A stretch of 64,000 bases of DNA, taken from the NCBI RefSeq assembly GCF_963921235.1, contig NC_086100.1:127102001-127166000 (forward strand), in the 5' to 3' direction. Shown here one piece after another: positions 1 to 12,479 of this stretch. Position 1 is the first letter of the stretch. The number at the start of each line of letters is the position of its first letter. The notes beneath the pieces are model-generated. The model worked only from the letters and a program-made list of their open reading frames with translations, was not told the DNA's origin and ran no database searches. The DNA comes from Mobula hypostoma. Taxonomy: Eukaryota. A program made the translations under genes and the position numbers.

Positions 1-1035
1 CATATGGTAACCCTTTCATTCCTGGAATCATTCTTGTGAATCTTCTCTGAACCCTCTCCAATGTCAGTATATCCTTTCTAAAATAAGGATCCCAAAACTG
101 CACACAATACTCCAAGTGTGGTCTCTCGAGTGCCTTATATAAACTCAACATCACATCCCTGCTCTTATATTCTTTACCTCTAAAAACGAATGCCAACATT
201 GCATTCACCTTCTTCACCACCGACTCAACCTGGAGGTTAACCTTTAGAGTATCCTGCACAAGGACTCCTAAGTCCCTTTGCATCTCTGCATTTTGAATTC
301 TCTCCCCATCTAAATAGTAGTCTGCCCATTTATTTCTTCCACCAAAGTGCATGACCATACACTTTCCAACATTGTATTTCATTTGCCACTTCTTTGCCCA
401 TTCCCCTAAACTATCTAAGCCTCTCTGCAGACTCCCCGTTTCCTCAACACTACCCACTCCTCCACCTATCTTTGTATCATCAGCAAATTTAGCCACAAAT
501 CCATTAATCTCACAGTCCAAATCATTAACGTGCATTGTAAAAAGCAGCAGTCCCAACACCGACCCCTGTGGAACTCCACTGGTAACTGGCAGCCAGCCAG
601 AATAGGATCCCTTTATTCCCACTCTCTGTTTTCTGCCAATCAACCAATGCTCCACCCATGGTAGTAACTTCCCCGTAATTCCATGGGCTCTTATCTTGCT
701 AAGCAGCCTCATGTGCGGCACCATGTCAAAGGCCTTCTGAAAATCCAAGTATAATCTATTGCATCTCCTTTGTCTACCCTGCTTGTAATTTCCTCAAAAA
801 ACTGCAGTAGGTTAGTCAGGCAGGATTCTCCTTTCAGGAAATCACGCTGGCTTTGGCCTGTCTTCTCATGTGCCTCTAGGTACTCCGTAATTTCATACCT
901 AGCAATCGATTCCAACAACTTCCCAACCACTGATGTCAGGCTAACAGGTCTATAGTTTCCTTTCTGCTGCCTCCCACCCTTCTCAAATAGTGGAGTAACA
1001 TTTGCAATTTTCCAGACATCCGGTACAATGCCAGA
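1..1035 (-). mobile_element. CR1 LINE RT fragment
   Basis: Degraded CR1 RT peptides (SCLTNLLQFFEEITSRVDKGDAID); continues off the window edge. Confidence 0.85.
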
Positions 1036-1059
1036 GTCTATCGATTCTTGAAAAAAAGG

Positions 1060-1655
1060 AAATAGGAGAGGAAGTTTTTACTGGTGGAAGAATCTAGGAC
1101 CAAAGGGCACAGCTTCAGGATTGAAGGACATCCCTTTAGAACAGAAATGAAGAGGGATTTCTTTAGCCTGAGGATGGTGAATCTTTGGAATTTGTTGTCG
1201 CAGATGGCTGTGGTGGCCAAGTCATTGGGTATACTTAAAGCAACACACATCAAAGTTGCTGGTGTGTTGCTTGAATTTCCAGCATCTGCAGAATTCCTGT
1301 TGTTTGGGTATACTTAAAGCTGAGTTTAATAAGTTCTTTATTAGTAAGGGTGTCAAGGATTATGAAGAGAAGGCAGGAGAATGGAGTTGACAGGGAAAGA
1401 ACATCAGCTATGATCGAATGATGAAGCAGACTCGATTAGCAAGTGGCTTAATTTGGCTCCTTTGTCTTATAAGAATAGGTTGAGTGAACTTGGCCTTTTC
1501 TCCTTGGAGCAACAGAAGATGAGAGGTGACCTGATAGAGGTGTACAAGATGATGAGAGTCATTGATCGGGTGGATAGCCAGAGGCTTTTTCCTGAGGGCT
1601 GAAATGGCTAACACGAGAGGGAATAGTTTTAAGGTGCTTGGAAGCAGGTACAAGA
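1060..1655 (+). mobile_element. CR1 3' end fragments (two), the first interrupted by a Penelope micro-insert
   Basis: SRTKGHSFRIEGHPFRTEMKRDFFSLRMVNLWN CR1 C-terminus; a second CR1 piece from about 1475. Confidence 0.8.
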
Positions 1656-1711
1656 GCCTAATAGCCTCTGCTTGGTTACCAACCAATCACAATGCAGAAA
1701 TTAATATTTAC

Positions 1712-1790
1712 TTGCTTTGCTGCAGATGAAGATATAGATCCAGTTTCCAAGAGATTAAGTATTTCTGACATATCGGTGGGCCTAATGGGA
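1712..1790 (-). CDS. GATB: GATB exon 11 (gene continues left of the window)
   Basis: SPIRPTDMSEILNLLETGSISSSAAKQ (start of the Yqey-like tail domain); CAG acceptor, GTAAAT donor; 79 nt. Confidence 0.93.
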
Positions 1791-4624
1791 CTGAAATATA
1801 ACAGATGGAAATTAAATGTTGAAAGTTGCAAATTAAAATTAACAGCATACAAAACAAACTCTACATTTTCTAAATAGCAAAACTGTAAAATTTAGTAACT
1901 TAATCCTTTACACCATTTGGGCTGCTGGCTTATCAATGTCTCATTTAGATTAAAGTTATACAGTGAACATACAACAGTCCAGGCACTTCAGCCCATGATA
2001 TGCCACCCTATGTAAACCATGATCAATTTAACCATTCCCACCTACAGAACTAATATCCCCATTTTTCTTATATCCATGTGTCTATCTTAGAGTCTCTTCA
2101 CTGTCCCTAATTGTATCAGCCTCTATCACCAACCCAGCAGTATGTTCCAGGCACCTACACGCTATAAAAAATACAAAAAATTTTTTTAAAAAATTGACAT
2201 CTCCCCAAAACACTCGGGGGGGGGGGGAGGAGAGAGGGGTAGACACTGCCTTTTATACTAACATATACCTCTATCAAGTTGCCACTCACGCTACAGAGAA
2301 AAGCCCTAGCTTGGTCAACCTTACCTCAAACCATGTTGTCTAATCCAGGCAGTATCCCAGTAAATCTCTGCACCCTCTCTAAAGCTTCCACATCCTTCCT
2401 ACAATGAGGTGACTAGAACTGAACACAATACTCTTCAGGTTATTCCTCACTTTTCCCATATTCAATTTCCTTCTTGCTCTAAATCTGTCTTTTATTTTTA
2501 TAGACAAGGAAAATTTTATCTAAACTATCATCTCCTTTTACAGCATTTGAATTTTCCCAAATCATTTTCTGTAAATATTCAGATTTATTTATCACAGTAA
2601 ATATATAGTGAACAACCAAAACAACCCAAGGAAGTGGTGGGGCACCCCTCACATGTCAATACACAGTCCAGCACCAACATAACATGCCCACCATGTTTGC
2701 AGAACACACAATCAAAGACAACAACAAAACAACACACACAAAACGCTGGAGGAACACAACTCTGCATACTCATACTTCCAAATATCTCCTCCTTTTCCTA
2801 AGTTGAAGTTCTCTCTTCACAATAACAACAGAACACTTAATCAGAACCAGCCAGTATCAACCCTTCTGCTTTTGCCTACCTCTTTTCTCAACATCAAGAC
2901 GCTCACTTCTAGCAAGTCAGCTTTAACTACAACACGATCTCATCACCAAACTCTTTCCCCCATGACCCTTTCCTCTGGTGTCCTTTTCTAAAAATACTTG
3001 GACAGATTCCCTCTTTCCAAGTAAGAAATAATCTGAGACACTGAAAACATGGAAAGAATTTGTGCCCATGTATAATAATTGGGAAGAAATTTCCCCATCT
3101 TAAAAAATAAAGTTTACAGCAACCCCTTAATTTGAGCTCTATAGGGATCATTTTATTAGAACTATTCTTCAGAAAGTTGCTATATAGCTGCCTTCTCTCA
3201 CCATATGATCTTGAATGGGGTGAAGGATTAAATGAAACAAACTATAAAGCACACACAGTAGAACAGAACTACAGTATTTGTGGGGGAAAATTGAAGCCCA
3301 CATGAAGGGCAACTCATGTGGCATTTCTTGCAGATTGAGTACAATATGCCACGTATTTAGTTAGAAACTATGAGAGCATTCTGACTTTGTTTTATGATCT
3401 ATGCTGAGATGTTGTAAATTAACAAATATAAACATTTAATAGTAATCGATGTATGCATATTTTATACTCATTAAGTCTGCATTATACTAAAAGCATTAAA
3501 TTGATAGCAAATTTCTCAAATTAGCTGCATAATCTGAAGCATTTTCAATATTTTGTTTCTGACAAGGTCTCCAGGCCAGTGACAACTTCTAAAATCGACA
3601 TTATGAAGAACACTTAAAATATACATTTTATCTAATGTTCTGACATAGATCCTGCCTGACATGCTAAATATCTTCAATATTTAATGCTCCTAGTATCTTT
3701 GATTTTAAAATTTTCTAAACCTGTATCACATTGCACAGTGAAACACATACATCTTTCTACACTACTAATATTGGTTGCAGAAAAACAAACAGAAAATGAT
3801 AGAAATAATCAGGTCAAACACCATCTGTGGAGAGAGAGAAAAACAGGAAAGAACAAAGAATTAACATTTCGGTCAATTACTTCTGATTTCCAGTATCTGC
3901 AGTGTTGTGTTTTGCAACTTCTGCTTTTTCAGAAGCTTTTTAAAAAATACTTAAAACAGATTTATTTAATATCTGCAACAAAATTGTCTTTAAATCACTT
4001 CTTTAACAAGTTAGGCACAAAATCATATTTAATATGCCCTGATCCATCAGTTGAGTTTAGAAATCCAGTTTATCCATCCTCCATGGCATCAACCACCTTA
4101 CCTTCATAACCTCTGTCTAAATCTCCACATTCATAAGCTCCACTCTCTGCTAACGGACATCATCCACTTCACCTACTCTATGAAAGATGCTAAATGGTCC
4201 ATTATGATCACAATGTCCTGGAATCCCAGCCCAAATCAAGGCCAGCTTAACATATGACTCATCCCATCCACCCAGTTTATAAATCACATTCTAGCTTATT
4301 TTAACCATTTTCCACATCTAATCTACTCTTCAAAATAGGTTTAGATACTTTCCAGCACCTTTATATTACTACTTTATTCAATTGCAGAGTATTCTGTGGA
4401 AATAATTTCATTTAATGCTTGTTGTAAATGTAGCAATTACTAGAATAAAATGCAAAGGATATAGATTAATATTTTCAAGCCATCCACCATATGAATGATA
4501 ACCCAAGACTGACAGATTAACGTTTACATTGGCAGATGTTCAACAATGCCCTTCCAACAGAGTTAAAAAAGTATTTCAAAATAAAATGTAGTTCAAGTTG
4601 TCTACAGAAAACCATATGGCTCAC

Positions 4625-4758
4625 CTTTGGTTTACTCTGAGATTATCTTGTTTTAGTAGTGCCAGGAAATCATTAATTACCCAACCTATTACCTTCTTTG
4701 GACAGGCTTGAGTCTGTTCTACAACACTTTCAAAAAATTGCACAAGTCCATCTTCATT
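4625..4758 (-). CDS. GATB: GATB exon 10
   Basis: NEDGLVQFFESVVEQTQACPKKVIGWVINDFLALLKQDNLRVNQ; CAG acceptor, GTGAG donor; 134 nt. Confidence 0.93.
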
Positions 4759-5789
4759 CTGCAAAATAAAATGACAATAACCATAAAGCCGCAAACGATA
4801 TTCCCCCATATTAATTGCTTTCCCACAATATTTTCCCATCAATCTTTCTTCCACTGAAGCCCACAAGGAAATCTTCTAAACATAAAGCGGGTACTAATAA
4901 TTCCAAGATTCAATGCCATGTTTGCTTAAGCAAATTAAGCATCTCTTGCATTTTAAATTAGAAGTCAACCACTCAGTCTAATGATGGCTATGAATGGTCT
5001 GCATGGCCATGTTCCAACTGAGCTATTGGGAAGCCTTCCATTTCTCTGCTTATTTTAAAAAGAAACATACTCCATAGAATAAGATCATTGCAACATAAAT
5101 GTTGATAGCAATAAATGTGGCAGGTGCAACTGAAAAAAATTAAAGATTTTCTATTTTCATCACTGAATTGATAAATTGTTCAGCATTTTCATCTTTGAGT
5201 TGATAAGAACCGAATACAAAACACACATCGGTATAATGAACATTCTCATGAAAAAGCACGCTCAGTATTTTTATTATAATAATGAGATATTTGGGTATAA
5301 AATAGAAGGGACCATCAGCAAATCATACTTATAATTAAAAAAAAACTAATTGAGCAAAATACTTCAATGGAAAACTCCTACCTGCCCTCACCAGTAACTA
5401 GCAATACAGTTTTAAAAAGCATTCTTTAGTTGATTTATAAAGTTCAGAATTTCAATTTACCATAATCCAAAAATAGATCATTTTAATAATTTTAAGTGTC
5501 AATGATCAAAGTGACAAAAATAAGAGCTAACAATATTATTTATTTATTACAAACAGGATCTGAGGTTACTCCAGATATGCCAACTAATGAACTTAAAAAT
5601 AATTGGAGAAAATGTCATGTTTCAGAAAGTAAAAAGATTAATAAAAGGAATCAGATACAGTACTGTGTAAAAGTCTTTTCAGTTACTAAATAACACTTAA
5701 TACTACTGAGCTATGATACTACTGAGCTTAATACTACAAAGCTATGTACTCTTATTTCTGTGTCTCAACCACCTTTCTATTTTAGTATA

Positions 5790-5821
5790 CAGTACTGTGC
5801 AAAAGTCTTGGGCACTATATA

Positions 5822-5873
<52 letters not shown>

Positions 5874-5877
5874 TATA

Positions 5878-5919
<42 letters not shown>

Positions 5920-5971
5920 CATATGTGTGTGTGTATATATATATATGTGCCAAGACTTTTGCGTAGTACTG
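5790..5971. mobile_element. Tc1/mariner-type MITE with microsatellite interior
   Basis: TIRs CAGTACTGTGCAAAAGTCTTGGGCAC / GTGCCAAGACTTTTGCGTAGTACTG flanked by TA on both sides; interior is (TA)n(CA)n(TG)n. Confidence 0.85.
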
Positions 5972-6011
5972 TATTATATTGCAAGGTTCAACATCAATTC
6001 CACTTACTTAC

Positions 6012-6201
6012 CACCAAAGTGACACTGTGTTCAATAAGAATATCGTACTTTTCCACCAATCTTGTTCTTTTTGCATTAGGTAGCTCAGGCAGCTGTTCAC
6101 GAATACGGTCAATATTCACCACTTGTTGTGGATTCTCGTGATCAGGGAGAGTTTCATTGCCATAAATAATCAATGGAGGCAAATTTGGCTCTGGCATAAA
6201 C
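6012..6201 (-). CDS. GATB: GATB exon 9
   Basis: [19 protein letters not shown]...[30 protein letters not shown] acceptor, GTAAGT donor; 190 nt. Confidence 0.95.
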
Positions 6202-7239
6202 CTTAAACATTTTTAAAGCATCTGTAAATTTAAAACTCTGGATTCATTTCCAACTGTCTTGATTTAAACTAAAATATTAAATGAGAGGCTGAGAAAATCA
6301 CAATTTACACAATTTAATTTGTCCATTCCTACAAATATTAAATTGAAACACCACTACATTATATTGTATTTTATTACTATTTCCCCACCTCATTAGTATT
6401 TATACTATAACTTTTTATTTAACAATGTGAAAACAAATATATGCACACTGATTAATTCAACCATTTTATTTCAAAGAATCTATGATTAAAAAATAGAATA
6501 TTGTATTTTATGAAATCAAATGTACCCAAAGATTGCTTGCTGGAAAGCAACTTAATCTGACAGGAAAATTCGACTAACAAGTCAACAATGCCTCACACGT
6601 ATTATGCAATGTCGCAAGTTGAGTTTAAATTAGACAGTAAGCACTTCATATATTGTTCACCAAAATAATAACAGTCCAGGATAAATAATGCACTAAATCA
6701 GTTTACCAATAAACCAAATTACTAACAATAATTTATACTACCACCAGCTGATCTTTTGGTTACTTTTTCTGTTATATCCAATTTTCATGGCTATTGCAAA
6801 ACTTTATTGGTGCTGGAGCTTTATTATAATTTTATATAGAAACAACCATTTTATAATAACTTTTCACTATTATAATCACAGTAGATTCATAAAATTTATA
6901 TCCTGTAGCTGGTAATGAAAGAAAACATTAAACGTGAGAAAATGAAGCTTTTCCATCTATTATTTGCACCTATTTTATTTTTAAACACAAAATTTACAAT
7001 TTCATTTTCTGTAACAGATTATCTTAAATTTCAGCAATTGATTTCTTTTCATAAAATAATTTTTATAAATGTTTGTTCAAAATTCTTATCAAGATACATG
7101 AATAACAGTACTCAAAGACAGTAGATAAAATATAAATGAGCAAATGTTTACAGAAAAATATCAACTCATTTTGAATTGGAAAAAACATTGAAATAGAAGA
7201 ATGTTCTCTTTCAAATGACCCTCAAAATTTATATCAAGA

Positions 7240-8146
7240 GTCTTGTCATCTTCAGAAGTTTTCTGATGACTCTGCCATAGCTGGATGCATCAGCAAGGGA
7301 GATGAGGCTGAGTACAGGGCTATGATAGGAAACTTTGTCACATGGTGTGAGTGGAATTATCTGCAGCTTAATGTGAAAAAGACTAAGGAGCTGAGACTAA
7401 GGTGGTAGACCTGAGGAGGGCTAAGGCACCGGTGACCCTGTTTCCATCCAGGGGTCAGTGTGGACATGGTGGAGGATTACAAATACCTGGGGATATGAAT
7501 TGACAATAAACTGGACTGGTCAAAGAACACTGAGGCTGTCTACAAGAAGAGTCAGAGCCGTCTATATTTCCTGAGGAGACTGAGGTCCTTTAACATCTGT
7601 CAGATGATGCTGAGGATGTTCTATGAGTCTGTGGTTGCCAGTGCGATCATGTTTGCTGTTGTGTGCTGGGGCAGCAGGCTGAGGGTAGCAGACACCAACA
7701 GAATCAACAAACTCATTTGTAAGGCCAGTGATGTTGTGGGGATGAAACTGGACTCTCTGACGGTGGTGTCTGAAAAGAGGATGCTGTCCAAGTTGCATGC
7801 CATCTTGGACAATGTCTCCCATCCACTACATAATGGACTGGTTGGGCACAGGAGTACATTCAGCCAGAGACTCATTCCACCGAGATGCAACACTGAGCGT
7901 CATAGGAAGTCATTCCTGCCTGTGGCCATCAAACTTTACAACTTCTCCCTTGGAGGGTCAGACACCCTGAACCAATAGGCTGGTCCTGGACTTATTTCCT
8001 GGCATAATTTACATATTACTATTTAATTATTTATGGTTTTATTACTATTTAATTATTTATGGTTTTATTACTATTTAATTATTTATGGTGCAACTGTAAC
8101 GAAAACCAATTTCCCTTGGGATCAATAAAGTATGACTATTACTATA
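7240..8146 (+). mobile_element. Rex/Babar-like LINE 3' fragment
   Basis: SDDSAIAGCI (RT motif), KTKEL, MFYESVVASAIMFAVVCWG, AATAAA and short-repeat tail; about three tandem copies of a 27-bp unit in the 3' UTR. Confidence 0.8.
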
Positions 8147-8192
8147 AACAGTGGTGGTAATATCAAGTACATTTTCTCCAATGCATAATTAC

Positions 8193-8237
8193 CTGTAGTC
8201 TTGCTTTCCTTCTTTGTCTCTCATAGATACGGTCTGT
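8193..8237 (-). CDS. GATB: GATB exon 8
   Basis: QTVSMRDKEGKQDYR (MRxKE...DYR motif); CAG acceptor, GTAATT donor; 45 nt. Confidence 0.95.
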
Positions 8238-8496
8238 CTGAAAATAAATTAACATTGTTTTAAGAAATTTATTCTAGAAATAAGTGCAAATTCTACTTCT
8301 GCAGATCCAATGCATCAGGAACACTTTAAAGTCTCTCTAAGTTCACTACAATCAATCCACATGGTCTTCTCGTTCACTTCTTTCCTTGAAAAATGCAACA
8401 ATATTCCATGCAAGTAGATTCAAATCTCAAATTATTTTACAGGATTAACCAAGGATTATGCAATTTATTTCTTAAGAATAAATAATACACCACTTA

Positions 8497-9127
8497 TGGC
8501 GGGAGGAGAAGATGGTGGCGCGACGCAGCGCGCGCAGCTCTCCGGTGAAATGATATCGTATCTGTTAAATAGGGGCCGTGGACAATTCTGATTTGATGGA
8601 GACAGCCGTGAGAAGCACAGAGGAACATCTGGAGAAATTTCTGAAATGCCAGTTCATTGCTGCTGCTACTGTGCGATCGAGAATCTCCGGAGGGAAGGCC
8701 CCAAAATCCCCGGCTTTGCCTGCTGCTGGTGACCAAGGCTGAGGTCAAAGTGTTCGGATAGAGATAGTGCTCGGTACTCGGTGTTGGAGAGCTGATCAGA
8801 GCTCGAAGTTTTCGGACGACTCAGAGTCGGACTGTGGTCGGGCATGGCAGGGACAGTTTTTCTTCCTTCTCCCGTCTGCGTGAGATGTGGGACTTTCAAG
8901 AGACTTTGAACTTTTTTACTGTGCCATGGCCTGTTCTTCCTCAAGTTATGGTATTGTTACACTGTTGTAACTATATGCTATAATTATGTGGTTTTTGTTA
9001 AGTTTTTCAGTCTTGGTCTGTCCCGTGTTTCTGTGATATCACACCGGAGGAATATTGTATCATTTCTTAATGCATGCATTACGAAATGACAATAAGAGGA
9101 CTGCGTGTCCTCATAATCTAATCTAAT
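8497..9127 (+). mobile_element. Non-autonomous retroposon (CpG-rich head, CTAAT tail)
   Basis: AAGATGG CpG-rich 5' end, no ORF, TAATCTAATCTAAT tail. Confidence 0.55.
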
Positions 9128-9991
9128 GTGACAAGTATTGTTGCTAGATACAGAATATTCAGTTCCCACAATCCCTCAACAACATTAAACATTCAGGGGT
9201 CTCGTCCTGAAACACTGACTGTACTTTTTTTTCCCCCATAGATGCGGCCTGGCCTGTCGAGTTGCTCCGGCATTTTGTGTGTGTTGACTAAACATGCAAG
9301 TTTTAGCTTCTAAGACAGAAGATTTAATTATGAAATGCTCTTAAGACACAGAAAGCGAAAAATATATGAAAACAAAAATAGGTGCAATAGTTTAATTGAA
9401 ATTTTAAATTTAAATTTCACTTGTGCAGCGGATCTAAATCCTCTGTATATCTTTGACTATATGTATCCTGTGAGTACTAGTAGTCAGACATGGATGGCAT
9501 GATTGATCATGAAGTGTTTTGGAAGGATCAGGAAGAACAAGTGTATAGTTTGTCATTTTAGGCAAGCCAGTATTGTTACTTTCAGCCAATCTGAAATTAT
9601 TCAAAATACAGAGTTTCAAAGAGATTGATTTGATACTCTATTCTTACATATTTGAGGGTCCTAGCTGAAGATGACGACTTCGGAAATGATTGTGTTTGCT
9701 CTTCATATTTTATGCACTTCCAGTGGTATGAGTAATCTCTTAGTGGGAGAGTACACGAGTTGCTTTATCATTCCCTAGCTCAAAGATGCGGAAAGAAAGA
9801 CGTATTGAGCGTTCTACAAAGGCAGGGAGCTAGCCAACACAATACAGAAAAATGATAAAAGCTGTAACATTTCTGTTCTGTAAGGCTTAGCAACACAGAA
9901 AATTAATACACTGTGCCTAAAGGAAATATAGTTCAACATTCCAATTCTCCTATTCTTTTGAGGAATACACAAGTCCAAAATTCGTTCTTAC

Positions 9992-10076
9992 CCTGATTTA
10001 TAATCAAATGCTCTTGTTTCATTTAATATTTTCCCTCCATTCTCCAGAACTTTAATCTGCCTCTGAATTTCATAAT
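9992..10076 (-). CDS. GATB: GATB exon 7
   Basis: [32 protein letters not shown] acceptor, GTAAG donor; 85 nt. Confidence 0.96.
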
Positions 10077-10335
10077 CTGTTATAAGGAGAATTATATTGT
10101 ATTACAATCAATTACAGCAATGGTTCCTCTCAATAAATCAAATATTATTGTTCAAGATGGATTCCAAGTAAATGTTTTCAAAACAATTATTTACACATGA
10201 AGTTCTGGTCATACTAATATTGATACAAGTGGAGTTATGGACCAAACTGGAAACTTGCAAAGAGGAAAAAAAAAAGCTTCAAAGTACCAAGCAGTTAAAA
10301 ATATAAATTAGAACAGATGGAGAATGTTCACAGAC

Positions 10336-10449
10336 CGATTGCTCTTGCCAGAAATCGGGCACTGTTAATATTTTTCACTTCAGCTCTCACGCCATATGGT
10401 TCCCCAGGTCGATGTACTGAAATATTGGCATCCACTCTTAACTGTCCCT
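10336..10449 (-). CDS. GATB: GATB exon 6
   Basis: [41 protein letters not shown] acceptor, weak GTCTGT donor; 114 nt. Confidence 0.96.
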
Positions 10450-10997
10450 CTATACAAATGAAAGTGAGAAACAACTACAGTTTATTAAAGTGAAACGCAT
10501 ACAACCTGCATATGGCTCCAGGATAGAGATTTTGTTAAGTGCACATAGATTTAAATTATAACATCACTGCATTACAAAACTTACACATGAAAGAATTAAA
10601 ATAATTTCATTCAAATTGTAATGCAAAAGGAGGAAATTACATCATACATTTCATTTTTATGGAAGATATTCTGATTTAACTTGCAGGATATTATTTTTTC
10701 TGAATATTATACAGCATTATGGTGAAAAATTAACTGCAACAGCTGAATGCTAAGCATTTTCAGAACGTTACATTTGCAGCACCCTCAGTACACTGCTTTT
10801 GAATGAAGTCACTTTTCCGTGCTAGATTAAAGAAACTGCAAGTCATCAGTAAATTGAAATTATTTTACTCTTAGAAAAAGCGCCATTTTCAATTTATTAA
10901 ATCGACATATAACTTTCAAATTCAGAATTTTAATGTAGGGATAAAATTACATGTCAAAGTAGAATTTTGCTTAACATTTATAAAAGCAGATTGTCCA

Positions 10998-12043
10998 GAG
11001 CCCTCAACCGTATCTCCTCCATCTCACACACGTCTGCTCTTACCCCATCCTACCAGATATAGGGTTCCTCTTGTCCTCACCCAGCGCCCCACCAACCTCC
11101 ACGTCCAGCACCTAATTCTCCGAAACTTCCACCACCTTCAAAGGGATCTCACCACCAAGCACATCTTTCCCTTCCCCCACTTTCTGCAGGTATCGTTCCC
11201 TACGCAACTCCCTTGTCCATTCATCCTTCCCCACTGATCTCCCTCCTAGCATTCATCCTTGCATGCAGAACAAGTGCTACACCTGCCCCTACACCTCCTC
11301 TCTCACTACCATTCAGGGCCCCAAACAGTCCTTCCAGGTGAGGCAACACTTCACCTGTGAGTCTGTTGGGGTCATTTACTATGTTCGGTGCTCCCAGTAT
11401 GGCCTCTTGTACGTCGATGAGACCTGACATAGCTTGGGAGACTGCTTTGCCGAGCATCTATGCTCCATCCACCAGAACAAGCCGGATCTTTCTGTGGCCA
11501 CCCACTTTAATTCCACTCCCCATTCTCACATGTCCATCCATGGCCTCCTCCACCTTCATGATGAAGCTACACTCAGGTTAGAGGAACAACACCTCATATT
11601 CCATTTGGGTAGCCTCAAACCTGATGGCATGAACATTGATTTCTCAAACTTCTGGTAATGCACCCCAAGCTCCACCTCCCTTCTCAATTTCCCATCACCT
11701 TTTCCCTCTCACACCTCATCTCCTTGGCTGCCCATCATCTCCCTCTGGTGCTCCTTCCCCCTTTTTCTTTCTTTCATGGCCTTCTGTCTCTTTCACCAAT
11801 CAACCCCAGCTCCTTACTTCATCCCTCCCCCTCCAAGTTTCACCTCTCACCTGGTGGTTCTCTCTCCCCTCCCCCCACCTTTAAAATCTACTCCTCAGCA
11901 TTTTTTTTCCAACCCTGCCAAAGGGTTTTGGCCCGAAACATCGACTGTACTCTTTTCCATAGATGCTGCCTGGTCTGCTAAGTTCTTCCAGCATCTTGTG
12001 TGTGTTGCTCAGATTTCCAGCATCTGTAGATCTTCTCATTTGT
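10998..12043 (+). mobile_element. Penelope-like element 3' part (GIY-YIG endonuclease plus pLTR), degraded
   Basis: Homologous to 23093-24413 (SFQVRQHFTCESVGVIY...); degenerate hammerhead core at about 11914-11947. Confidence 0.85.
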
Positions 12044-12479
12044 CCAGAGTTTTCTGCTGTGAGAAGACAGTTCAGCAGGCAGCTCCACCAGAACCGGTAG
12101 CTTTTATCTACATAACTAAGTGGGAATATGGGACTTAAGCAGAGGTCAAGGTTCTAAATTTCCATTCAGCCCAATTACTTCCCTCTGTACATCCACACTC
12201 TATAGGTATACTTCTTGCAGAGTTTAGTGAAAATGTGCAAAGAACTGGAGAGTGACTAATGTGGTACCATTGTTTAAAAAGGATAGCAAAAACAAGCCAG
12301 GCAACTACAGGTCTGCAAGTTTTACATCAGTGGTGGCTAAATTGTAATTTACACATTTTCAAAAAATACTTTCACAAATTTACCACCAGAGATAGCAAGA
12401 CCTTTGTTCTAAAAGGCCCACTCATTTCAACTGGAGGAAAGAACTACAAATAAATGCGTGGTCAATTCTTTTATTATTT

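Noticed and set aside
5713..6141. ORFs with YI/CV/HT repeats
   Set aside because: Translations of a dinucleotide microsatellite.
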